64,000 nucleotides of DNA from Nitrospiria bacterium (GTDB taxonomy: Bacteria; Nitrospirota; Nitrospiria; JACQCE01). This document shows positions 41,670-50,515 of this stretch, one piece after another; position 1 is the stretch's first letter; the number at the start of each line of letters is the position of its first letter. The DNA lies in assembly GCA_035517195.1 (NCBI GenBank), contig DATIZH010000040.1, positions 55,310 through 119,309 of the forward strand. The letters run 5' to 3'. Under the pieces are notes generated by a model. That model did not search any database, was not told the DNA's origin, and saw only the letters and a program-made list of their open reading frames with translations. The translations under genes were made by a program, and so were the position numbers.

Positions 41670-41683
41670 AAAGGGTTATACTG

Positions 41684-41775
41684 ATTGGGTCAAGGGACAC
41701 GTCGCAAGGGTCAAGGATAGAGATCCCTGGTTCCCGCCCTGACCCGTGCCACCTGACCCTTGACTTTCTTAAAGG
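41684..41775. repeat. second copy of GGGTCAAGGG / CCCTTGAC inverted-repeat motif cluster (ktrB-ktrA spacer)
   Basis: tgggtcaagggacacgtcgcaagggtcaaggat … ccctgacccgtgccacctgacccttgact. Confidence 0.45.
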
Positions 41776-41783
41776 AGAGGACC

Positions 41784-42479
41784 ATGCGGCAGATTGCAGT
41801 GATCGGATTGGGTCGGTTCGGATTTCACGTGGCCGAAACCTTGACCAAGCTGGGACACGAAGTCCTGGCCATCGACAGCGATGAGATGCAGGTCGCGAGG
41901 GCCGGTGAATTTGCCACCTATGCCGTGCAGTGCGATGCCACCGATGAGAAGGCCCTCCGGGCGGTCAGCGCCCAGAACGTCGACATGGCGGTGGTCAGCA
42001 TCGGGGAGAACATCGAGGCGAGCCTGCTCGTGGTCATGACGCTCAAAGAGCTGGGCGTCAAGCGCGTCCTGGCAAAGGCCGTGACGGCGCTGCACGGCAA
42101 GATTCTGGAAAACATGGGCGTGTCGGAGGTGATCTATCCGGAGCGGGACGCCGGCATCCGCCTCGCCCATCGGCTGACGGCGCCCAATGTCCTGGAGTAT
42201 CTGCAGCTGTCGCCCGGGTACAGCATCGAGGAGGTGGAGGTGCCTGAGCCGTTGATCGGCAAGCCGATCGGCGACAGCCAGATCCGGGCGGGGTTTCGCG
42301 TCAACATTATCGCGGTCAAGAAAAAGGTGCAAACGATGATCAAAGGCAATCTCCAGAGCCGCGAATCCGTCAATTTCACGCCCTCCCCCTCCGACGTGAT
42401 GGAACGGGGCGACGTGCTGGTCGTCGTGGGACGTGAGGAGGATCTGGAGAAATTCTGCCTCTTGGGGCAGAAAAAGTAG
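41784..42479 (+). CDS. ktrA: Trk/Ktr K+ uptake NAD-binding regulatory subunit
   Basis: Rossmann GxGxxG (IAVIGLGRFG), RCK_N + RCK_C, 231 aa. Confidence 0.8.
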   Translation: MRQIAVIGLGRFGFHVAETLTKLGHEVLAIDSDEMQVARAGEFATYAVQCDATDEKALRAVSAQNVDMAVVSIGENIEASLLVVMTLKELGVKRVLAKAVTALHGKILENMGVSEVIYPERDAGIRLAHRLTAPNVLEYLQLSPGYSIEEVEVPEPLIGKPIGDSQIRAGFRVNIIAVKKKVQTMIKGNLQSRESVNFTPSPSDVMERGDVLVVVGREEDLEKFCLLGQKK

Positions 42480-42497
42480 TCCGCGGCGGACGGTGGC

Positions 42498-43823
42498 CTA
42501 GCCCGCGGCTCGGGCGCGACGAAACGCGCCAGCCGCCGCCTCGACCGTGTGGTCCAGGTCGCGCGCCGTGTGAGCGCTGGAGACGAACAGTGCCTCAAAT
42601 TGCGACGGCGCAAGATAGACGCCCGCTTCCAGCATCGCCCAGAAGAAGGCGGCAAATCGTCGGGTGTCGGCCGATTTGGCCGACGCGTAATCGACGACTG
42701 GACGGTCGGTGAAGAAGAAGCCCATCAACGAACCGATCCGAGCCGGTTGCAGGGGCACCTCCGCGGCGCGGGCGGCTTCGAGTACACCGTGGTAGAGTCG
42801 CGCGGCTCTCCGTTCCAAATCCCTGTAGAAGCCGGCGGTGTGGAGCCGCCGCAGCGTGGCCATCCCGGCCCTCATGGCGAGCGGATTGCCTGATAGGGTG
42901 CCGGCTTGATAGACCGGGCCGGCCGGCGCGATCCATTCCATAATTTCCTTCCGACCGCCGTAGGCGCCGACGGGTAACCCGCCGCCGATGATTTTGCCCA
43001 GGCAGGTCAGGTCGGGTTGAAGCCGATAAAGGGCCTGCGCGCCGCCTAGGGCGACGCGGAAACCCGTGAGCACCTCGTCGAAGATCAGCAAGGCGCCGTG
43101 CCGGCGGGTCAGCGCGCGCAGCCCGTCCAGAAACCCCTCGGCGGGCGGCACCACCCCCATGTTGGCGGCGATCGGCTCCACGATCACGGCGGCGATGTCG
43201 CCGCCGTGCCGCGAGAAGAGCGCGTCCACCCGCGCTAGGTCATTGTAGGGGGCCCGCAAGGTCAGTCGGGCGGTGGCGTTCGGGACGCCGGGACTGTCTG
43301 GCACGCCCAGCGTCGTCGCTCCGGAACCGGCCTTGACCAGCAGACCGTCGGCGTGGCCGTGATAGCACCCATCGAATTTGAGGATCAGATCGCGTTTGGT
43401 ATAGGCGCGGGCGAGCCGCAACGCGCTCATGGTCGCTTCCGTGCCGGAATTGACGAAGCGCACCATTTCTATGGACGGCATGGCGCGTTGAATGAGCGTG
43501 GCCAGCTCCAGCTCCGCCTCGGTCGGCGCTCCGTAGCTGGTTCCCTTTCGGGCGGCCGCAGTGACCGCCTTCACGACCTCCGGGTGGGCATGGCCCAGAA
43601 TCAGCGGTCCCCACGAGAGCACATAATCGATGTACCGATTGCCGTCGGCATCCCAGAGATGACTGCCCTTGCCGCGGGCGATGAAGAGCGGATGGCCGGC
43701 CCGGGGTATTGCGGGGTCAGGCGACCCGACCGACCGGAAGGCACGTACAGGGCTGCTGACTCCCCCGGGCAGACGCCGGCAAGCCGCGGCGAACAGTCGG
43801 CGTGATGTTCCATAACGGGGCAT
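42498..43823 (-). CDS. hemL: glutamate-1-semialdehyde 2,1-aminomutase
   Basis: PLP aminotransferase class [16 protein letters not shown]-motif; start at ATG 43823. Confidence 0.9.
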   Translation of the reverse strand: MPRYGTSRRLFAAACRRLPGGVSSPVRAFRSVGSPDPAIPRAGHPLFIARGKGSHLWDADGNRYIDYVLSWGPLILGHAHPEVVKAVTAAARKGTSYGAPTEAELELATLIQRAMPSIEMVRFVNSGTEATMSALRLARAYTKRDLILKFDGCYHGHADGLLVKAGSGATTLGVPDSPGVPNATARLTLRAPYNDLARVDALFSRHGGDIAAVIVEPIAANMGVVPPAEGFLDGLRALTRRHGALLIFDEVLTGFRVALGGAQALYRLQPDLTCLGKIIGGGLPVGAYGGRKEIMEWIAPAGPVYQAGTLSGNPLAMRAGMATLRRLHTAGFYRDLERRAARLYHGVLEAARAAEVPLQPARIGSLMGFFFTDRPVVDYASAKSADTRRFAAFFWAMLEAGVYLAPSQFEALFVSSAHTARDLDHTVEAAAGAFRRARAAG

Positions 43824-43993
43824 CAATGACGGTGCCGGATGATGGCGCGCTATTCTAATGATAGGGCTGCGCCAAGTCAAGGCGAGCCGTTGGTCCGATT
43901 CTCGACGGGGAGATCCATGGCGCGGTTGCCATGGTGTCCCGAGTGCTGTGCACAGGCCCGGGTTGCAATGCCATGGGGCATGCCCTATAGTGT

Positions 43994-44665
43994 GTGGCGA
44001 TGTCCCGCATCAACTGCGCCTGGGCGGAGCTCGTGCTGTTTGATCTGGATGGCACGCTGGCCGACACCAAGAGCGATCTGGCCACGGCGGTCAATCTGAC
44101 GTTTGCCGATTTGGGGCTGCCCCCGCTGCCTGAAACGGTGATTGCAGGCTACGTTGGTGACGGCATCAGAAAATTGATTGCCAAGACGCTGGGGGAGAGC
44201 GGGAGCCCCCGCTATGCCGAAGCGCTTTACCTGTTTCGAACCCACTACTTGACTCACCTGCTTGATACGACCCGGTTCTATCCGGGCATGACGACGTTGC
44301 TGCGGCGATTGTCTTCGAGGAAACGTGTGGTCGTCACCAACAAGCCGATGGAGTACACGTCGAAAATTCTGGAAGGGTTGGACGGGGGCTTCTATTTCGA
44401 GCTGGTGATCGGCAGCGATCCGTCGACGCCGCTCAAGCCCGATCCTCATATGCTCAAGCGGGCGCTGGACCACTTCGACATCCCTCCGGCACGCGCTATC
44501 ATGGTGGGCGACGGCGTCAACGATATCGTGGCCGCGCGGGCCCTCGGAGTTCGTTCCTGCGCCGTTGGCTACGGCTTGGCGCCAAGCGTCCTGTTGCAAT
44601 CGGCTGCCCCCGATTACTTCTGTGCCACCGTGGACGAGTTGACGGTGTGTCTGTGCGGGGGATAG
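43994..44665 (+). CDS. HAD-superfamily phosphatase (phosphoglycolate phosphatase-like)
   Basis: DLDGTLAD motif I, …VVVTNKP… motif II, GDGVNDI motif IV. Confidence 0.7.
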   Translation: MAMSRINCAWAELVLFDLDGTLADTKSDLATAVNLTFADLGLPPLPETVIAGYVGDGIRKLIAKTLGESGSPRYAEALYLFRTHYLTHLLDTTRFYPGMTTLLRRLSSRKRVVVTNKPMEYTSKILEGLDGGFYFELVIGSDPSTPLKPDPHMLKRALDHFDIPPARAIMVGDGVNDIVAARALGVRSCAVGYGLAPSVLLQSAAPDYFCATVDELTVCLCGG

Positions 44666-44689
44666 TCAATGGCAGGAGGCCCGCGCCGA

Positions 44690-46081
44690 TTAGTCAACGA
44701 GCGGGAGCTGCTCTCCGGCGGTGGTGCCCCGAATGGACAGATCCTTGATCTTGCGGTGCAAATGGCTGCGCTCGATGCCCAACGCTTCGGCGGTCCGACT
44801 GATATTCCACCGGTTGAGCTCCAAGGCGTGAAGAATGTACTCGCGCTCAAACTGCGCGCGGGCCCGTTTCAGGGGATGGATGGCGTCATCTGACGGGGCG
44901 GCGGACGGCGCAGCGGGGGCTGCCGGGCCAAACGACGGCAGGTGGGACGCAGACAGCGCGGCTTCCGGCACCATGATCACCATGCGTTCGATGTAATTTT
45001 TCAATTCCCGCACATTGCCGGGCCATCTGTAGGCGGTCAGCGCGGCGACGGCGTCATCGGCTAGCTGTTTGGACGCCACGCCTTGTTCGCGGCAGAACCG
45101 GTCGATAAAATGGCGGGCCAGGAGCGGGATGTCCTCCTTCCGCTCCCGGAGGGGCGGCATAGTCAGGGGAATGACGTTGAGCCGGTAGAAGAGATCTTCG
45201 CGAAACCGGCCCCCCTGTATTTCATCAGACAACAGCTTGTTCGACGCCGCGATGATCCTCGCATCCATCCGAATGGTTTTGGTGCCGCCGAGGCGTTGAA
45301 ATTCCCGTTCTTCCAGCACGCGCAGCATCTTGGCCTGTGTCGGCAAGCTCATGTCGCCGATCTCATCCAGAAAGAGCGTGCCGCCGTGAGCGAGTTCCAG
45401 CCGTCCCTTTTTCTGCTCGGCCGCGCCGGTGAAGGCCCCTTTTTCATATCCGAAGAGCTCGCTCTCGATCAGCGTGTCAGGGATTGCGGCGCAATTGATT
45501 TCAATGAACGGCCGGTTGCGTCTGGGGCTGTGTTGGTGAATGGCGCGCGCCGCCAGTTCCTTGCCCGTCCCGTTTTCCCCCGAGATCAGCACCCGGCTGA
45601 GCGACGGTCCGGCGACCGCGATCTGTTCGCGCAGCCGTTGGATCGCAGGGCTCGTGCCAAGGATTTCGTACCGCTCGTCGATCGCCTGCCGGAGATGTTG
45701 ATTCTCCGCCGTCAGCTGCTGTTCCGTGATGGCGTGCCCCAGCACGAGCAGGACCTTTTCCGACGAAAGCGGTTTTTCGATGTAATCATAGGCGCCAAGT
45801 TTGGTGGCGCGGACGGCCGTTTCGATCGATCCGTGGCCGGACATCATTACCACGGTTTGGTGGGGACGCATCCGCTTGATGCGCTGCAGCGTCTCCAGCC
45901 CGTCGAGCCCAGGCATCCAAATGTCGAGAAGGACAATGGCCGGCGATTCACGTTGCAGCACCTCAAGCGCCGCCGCGCCGCCGTTGGCGGTGACCACGTG
46001 ATACCCTTCGTCGCTCAGGACGCCGGACAGCGTGTTGAGAATCGCCGGTTCGTCATCCACGATCAGAACCGTGTCGGTCAT
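44690..46081 (-). CDS. sigma54-dependent response regulator (NtrC family)
   Basis: Receiver domain, AAA+ sigma54-interaction domain (GESGTGKE, GAFTGA), Fis-type HTH. Confidence 0.85.
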   Translation of the reverse strand: MTDTVLIVDDEPAILNTLSGVLSDEGYHVVTANGGAAALEVLQRESPAIVLLDIWMPGLDGLETLQRIKRMRPHQTVVMMSGHGSIETAVRATKLGAYDYIEKPLSSEKVLLVLGHAITEQQLTAENQHLRQAIDERYEILGTSPAIQRLREQIAVAGPSLSRVLISGENGTGKELAARAIHQHSPRRNRPFIEINCAAIPDTLIESELFGYEKGAFTGAAEQKKGRLELAHGGTLFLDEIGDMSLPTQAKMLRVLEEREFQRLGGTKTIRMDARIIAASNKLLSDEIQGGRFREDLFYRLNVIPLTMPPLRERKEDIPLLARHFIDRFCREQGVASKQLADDAVAALTAYRWPGNVRELKNYIERMVIMVPEAALSASHLPSFGPAAPAAPSAAPSDDAIHPLKRARAQFEREYILHALELNRWNISRTAEALGIERSHLHRKIKDLSIRGTTAGEQLPLVD

Positions 46082-48378
46082 GCCGCGCTTGGGACCGGGA
46101 GGGTGATGGTCACGGTCGTCCCGGCTGGGCGGTTGGGTTGCACGCCGATCTGGCCGTTATGGTCCGTGATGATACGGTGCACGATGGCCAAGCCCAACCC
46201 CGTGCCGCCGCGCCGTTTGGAGAAGGACGGCAGAAAGAGCTTGCCGAGATCTTCCGGAGCCACGCCGACGCCCTCATCATCAATGCGGATCTGGACGGTG
46301 GATTGTCCCGGCGTATAGCGAGTGGTAAGCCACAACCGGCCTCGACCGCTCATGGCGTCAACGGAGTTTTCAAACAGGTTCATGAACACCTGCTTCATCT
46401 GCGCCGGATCCAGCAGCAGGGGCGGAAGGCGGTCCGCAAATTGCGCGGTGATTTCGAGGTCCTTATGTGCGCTGCGGTACAGAAACACCACCTCCTGTAG
46501 CAATGCATGCAGATCGCATGGGCGGGGAGAGGGGGCGGGCATTCTGGCGAAATTGGAAAATTCATCCACCATGGTTTTGAGCGTGTTGACCTCATTCATG
46601 ACGATCCGCGTCGATTCATCGAAGATGCGCGCAAATTCATCGGGATGTTGCACAAATTTTTTGCGCAAACGTTCCGTGGCCAGCAGGATCGGCGTCAGGG
46701 GGTTCTTGATTTCATGGGCGATCCGCCGGGCGACCTCCTGCCAAGCCGCCAGTTTCTGCGCTTTGAGCAATTCCGAGAGATCGTCAAAGACGAGCACCGC
46801 CCCCATAAACTGCCGCTCCTGGCCGCGCAGGAGCGCAACGCTGAAGCGAAGGGTGGCGGCGACGCCGCCGATCTCGACCGACAGCTCTCGCTCGATCGTA
46901 TCGCCGTTCTGGGCGATCAGCCGCCGGAGGTCGGCGGCCAGGGACTCGAGCCCGAATCGTTTGAACGCGTCGTCGTACGCCTGCCCCCTGACGGTGTCGG
47001 CGCTTGACTGCAGGATCATTTCGGCCGACCGATTGAATGTGGTGATCCGGCCCTCGGGATCGGTGGCAATGACCCCCGTGGCAATGGTTTCGAGCACGGT
47101 TTCAATGTAGGTACGGCGCTGTTCCAATTCAACATTGGAGCGGCGCAGCGATTGATTGACGGCCTCGAGGGAGGTTTTGCTCAGTCGCAGATCGTTGGTC
47201 ATGGTGTTGAAGGAATCGACCAGTTCCTTCAATTCGTCGGTCGATTCCCCTTCCACACGGACGGCCAGGTTTCCGGCGGCGACGGCCCGGGTCCCGTCCA
47301 GCAGTTTCTGAATAGGACCCGTGATGCCCCGGGCGATGTAGAAGCCGAACCAGGTCGCTGAAAAGACGATCAACAGCGTGACGGCCAGGAAGAGCACGAC
47401 ATAAGTGCTTTTAATCGGTGTTTTAAACGATTTGAGCTGGGTATAATCCTCCATGGCGCGGTTGATGTCATCCAGATCGTCCGCGACCCGGCTGGGCAGC
47501 AATGAATCGACAATCGCGACCGCCGGCGCGTCCGGCCCCGCGCCGTCGATCGGGATGGCCACTCGGAGCAAATCCCCGCTTTCGTCCGAGTAGGTGGCAT
47601 CCGCCTCGCGTCCCATGGCGGCCTTGGACAGCAACTGGCCGAGCAGGGAGGGATCTGATCGGCGCGGTGGTCCGACTTTGCCCGGATGGGGGACGGTGCG
47701 TTCCCCGGAGGTCGTTTCAGCGATAAGGGCGCCGGCGCGGGTGTAGAGGGAAAGGCCGGTGACGCCCGAAGTGGCGACCGGCCCGGCCATCAACCGCTTG
47801 AGCATCCGTTCTTGGGCCGACGGATCGGGGCTTTCTTTGATGCTCTCACGCCCCACCAACCGGCCCACATTCGCCGCGCGCGTTTTGGTCACGTCATAGT
47901 ACCATCTGGCGATGTCGAGCGAGCTTTTCAGCGACTGCTCCACCTGGATCCCGAACCAATTTTCAATGCTGCTGCTGATGAGACCGCTGGCGACGACGAA
48001 AAGCAGAAAAGTGGGAATCAACGTCAGTCCGACAAAGGCGGCGACGAGTTTGGTGCGGAACCCGGCGCCGAGCAACCTGTGGCGCCGTTCAAAATACAGT
48101 TTGACTAGGTTCCGGGACAACAGCAACAGCAGGACGACGACCAAAATGACGTTGACGTTGATGAGGGTCAGCAACCAGATATTGCTGGGCAATAGCGAAG
48201 TCTCCACCGGCCGGTAGAAGATGATGGTGGTAACGGTCAACGACGCCAGAAGGCAGACCGCGGTGATCCAGACCGGGCGCATGGAATGTCGACCTGGTTT
48301 CATGGGGGGCCGCGAAGACAAGGGGATCTCGCTCACGGCTCGTTCGCCGCAAGGGTCAGCGGTGGTGAATCGGTCCAT
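46078..48378 (-). CDS. sensor histidine kinase (HAMP-PAS-HisKA-HATPase)
   Basis: 766 aa, two TM helices, H-box (AHEIKNPLTPI), G-boxes; 4-nt overlap with response regulator gene. Confidence 0.85.
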   Translation of the reverse strand: MDRFTTADPCGERAVSEIPLSSRPPMKPGRHSMRPVWITAVCLLASLTVTTIIFYRPVETSLLPSNIWLLTLINVNVILVVVLLLLLSRNLVKLYFERRHRLLGAGFRTKLVAAFVGLTLIPTFLLFVVASGLISSSIENWFGIQVEQSLKSSLDIARWYYDVTKTRAANVGRLVGRESIKESPDPSAQERMLKRLMAGPVATSGVTGLSLYTRAGALIAETTSGERTVPHPGKVGPPRRSDPSLLGQLLSKAAMGREADATYSDESGDLLRVAIPIDGAGPDAPAVAIVDSLLPSRVADDLDDINRAMEDYTQLKSFKTPIKSTYVVLFLAVTLLIVFSATWFGFYIARGITGPIQKLLDGTRAVAAGNLAVRVEGESTDELKELVDSFNTMTNDLRLSKTSLEAVNQSLRRSNVELEQRRTYIETVLETIATGVIATDPEGRITTFNRSAEMILQSSADTVRGQAYDDAFKRFGLESLAADLRRLIAQNGDTIERELSVEIGGVAATLRFSVALLRGQERQFMGAVLVFDDLSELLKAQKLAAWQEVARRIAHEIKNPLTPILLATERLRKKFVQHPDEFARIFDESTRIVMNEVNTLKTMVDEFSNFARMPAPSPRPCDLHALLQEVVFLYRSAHKDLEITAQFADRLPPLLLDPAQMKQVFMNLFENSVDAMSGRGRLWLTTRYTPGQSTVQIRIDDEGVGVAPEDLGKLFLPSFSKRRGGTGLGLAIVHRIITDHNGQIGVQPNRPAGTTVTITLPVPSAA

Positions 48379-48983
48379 GGAGTGGAAATCTGGGCGACGG
48401 GGAGAAAGAACAGAAAATATTCAAGATAGACGGGAAGTTTGGCGGACCGCATTTCCGCTCTGACGCTGATATAGTAGTAGGTGTTGCTCGGCTGGGAGGA
48501 AACCGTCAGCGGTATTGTAACATCCTGAATATGGGAGATCAAACGTTCAACGTCTTCGAGCCGGTCCGCCGTCTGTCGGATCTCTGTGTTTCCTTGCCGT
48601 TTGGCGACAACGAATTGCCGTTTGACCAGGTCGTACCAGATGCGGAACCGGACGGTGGACGAGTCGAGTTCCTCATCCATCCAGAAGGGGACATGGCGTT
48701 TGAGGACGACGTAGTAATAGAGTATTTTGCTGATGCCGTGTTGTAAATCGTCTCTCGCATCGGTCGGAAGTCCCTGGACCAGGGACGCCGAGACGCTGAC
48801 CTGCTCCCGTCCCGTGCTGACCGCCAGGTGTGTGATGCGGGCGGATTCCGCCGCCAGGGCTTCCGTGCATCCCAGTGCGATCGCACACCAGGCCGCGACC
48901 GCGACGGCCCGCCGGATGCGGCGGCCGCGCGCGATGACGCACGCTGGCCAGGACCGGTCCGATTGAAGGTTCACCCCCTCCAT
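48333..48983 (-). CDS. periplasmic DUF4390-like protein preceding sensor kinase
   Basis: 216 aa, signal peptide, first gene of HK/RR module; family assignment from memory only. Confidence 0.45.
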   Translation of the reverse strand: MEGVNLQSDRSWPACVIARGRRIRRAVAVAAWCAIALGCTEALAAESARITHLAVSTGREQVSVSASLVQGLPTDARDDLQHGISKILYYYVVLKRHVPFWMDEELDSSTVRFRIWYDLVKRQFVVAKRQGNTEIRQTADRLEDVERLISHIQDVTIPLTVSSQPSNTYYYISVRAEMRSAKLPVYLEYFLFFLPVAQISTPWTDSPPLTLAANEP

Positions 48984-48985
48984 GA

Positions 48986-50515
48986 TCAGGATGTCAGTGT
49001 TGCCTGCCAGAGGTGTTCAAAATCATGATACGGAAGGAAAAACACGGTCTCGAAGGTTTGATCAAACGGATGGCTGGCCGACAACTGTTGCAGCAACTCC
49101 TTGACGCGGGGCAGGCCGTAGCGATCGATCAGAAATCGCGTCGCGGAAAAACTCTCGGCATAGGCGAGGGCGGCCTGATTTGATGTGAATTCGAGAAAGG
49201 ATCCATGCAACGCCGTCAGGGGGATGAGGGCGCCTGGCGTCAGATGGGCAATCGACCGGGTGGAGTTCTCTTGCGAGCCTGGAAGATTTCCGGAAGCCAA
49301 GCCCTCGAAGTAGACGGCTAGTCCCTCGTTCAGCCACGTCGGCGCACGATTGTCCGACAGTTCGTGCACGATGACGTGGGTGTACTCGTGATAGAGCACC
49401 TTGGCCAGAAGCGCGCGGTCGGGCGTTCCGCCGCCGGCGGGCAGCCGGATTTTCCCGTCATAAATACCGTTGGTCCAGCCCGGCGTCTGTGTCACGTCCC
49501 TGAACTGCTCGTTGCTGTAGAGGATGACCGTGATCTCCTCGTCAGGAAACACCCCGAAGGCCTGACCGACATCACGATAGGCCTGCTCCAGCAGATCCAG
49601 GATCTGATAGGCGCGGTCCTGATTCTCGCCTCCGTCGAATTGGATCAAGAAGTGGCGCGTGCCGGTCTGCAAAAAGCTGTTTTGCAGCGACTGCTCCCGG
49701 GTTAATTTGGCCAGCAGAGGGGCGAGGCGGTCTGGTGCGTGAACCCGCTGCATGGCCGACGTCAACAGCGCGATGGCGTCCGCCAGCTGATTGTGTTGAT
49801 AGAGCAGATCGGCCAGCTGCTCATACAGCTCGACGCGGGTGGGATCGAGCGCCACCGCCGCACGAAAGGCTTCGATCGCATGGGGCGAATCCCGTTGCAG
49901 CTGATAGGCGGCTCCAAGGCCGGCGTAGAGACTCGCCTCCCGGCGGTCATAGTCGATGGCCGTGCGAAACTGCCGGATGGCTTCATCGGGATCGCGATCG
50001 TTGATCGCCGCCCACCCCAGCGCCGCGGTGGCGGCCGCCATGTTGTGGCGGAAAGTGGGGTTGTCCGGCTGTGTGGTGAGCGCCCGTTCAAACGCCCGGA
50101 CGGCATCGTGATAGCGGCCCGCTTCATAGGCGGCGGTCCCCTCTGCGTTGTCGGCATCAGGCGGGTGTGCACTGACCGCGGCAGGCGCGGATTGCGGCGT
50201 CGGAGACGATGAGGCCGGGACGGGCGAGCCGAGGCGTTGATGCCTGGGTGCGACCGGCGGCAGCGGCTGGAGCAGTTCATCGGTGGTTTGACGAGGCGGT
50301 GCGTGGGGAGGGGGGGGCTCCTCGGACGGGCCAGTCGACGACGGCGCATCAGCCCTCTGGTCGTTGGGGGAGGGCGGGAGGGGGGCGCGGGTGAGCAGGG
50401 AGACGGTCAACGCGCTGAGAAAAAGCGTGGCTGCGGTCAGCAGCAAGAGAACGCCGGCTGGCACCCGGCCGGCGTTCGAGGCGGGGACAGGTGTGCGGAA
50501 ATCCCTAAAATGCAT
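48986..50515 (-). CDS. TPR-repeat protein with C-terminal HExxH zinc-peptidase (Peptidase_MA-like) domain
   Basis: TPR-like repeats in middle, HEYTHVIVHE…NEGLAVYFE motif near C-term; start uncertain (ORF begins 50593 but that overlaps bamA; internal ATG 50515 proposed). Confidence 0.55.
   Translation of the reverse strand: MHFRDFRTPVPASNAGRVPAGVLLLLTAATLFLSALTVSLLTRAPLPPSPNDQRADAPSSTGPSEEPPPPHAPPRQTTDELLQPLPPVAPRHQRLGSPVPASSSPTPQSAPAAVSAHPPDADNAEGTAAYEAGRYHDAVRAFERALTTQPDNPTFRHNMAAATAALGWAAINDRDPDEAIRQFRTAIDYDRREASLYAGLGAAYQLQRDSPHAIEAFRAAVALDPTRVELYEQLADLLYQHNQLADAIALLTSAMQRVHAPDRLAPLLAKLTREQSLQNSFLQTGTRHFLIQFDGGENQDRAYQILDLLEQAYRDVGQAFGVFPDEEITVILYSNEQFRDVTQTPGWTNGIYDGKIRLPAGGGTPDRALLAKVLYHEYTHVIVHELSDNRAPTWLNEGLAVYFEGLASGNLPGSQENSTRSIAHLTPGALIPLTALHGSFLEFTSNQAALAYAESFSATRFLIDRYGLPRVKELLQQLSASHPFDQTFETVFFLPYHDFEHLWQATLTS

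Noticed and set aside
48984-49040. Possible sigma54 promoter (TGGCAGGCAACA) upstream of the DUF4390-HK-RR operon
   Set aside because: GG and GC elements are not at the required 10-nt spacing, so it does not fit the -24/-12 consensus.
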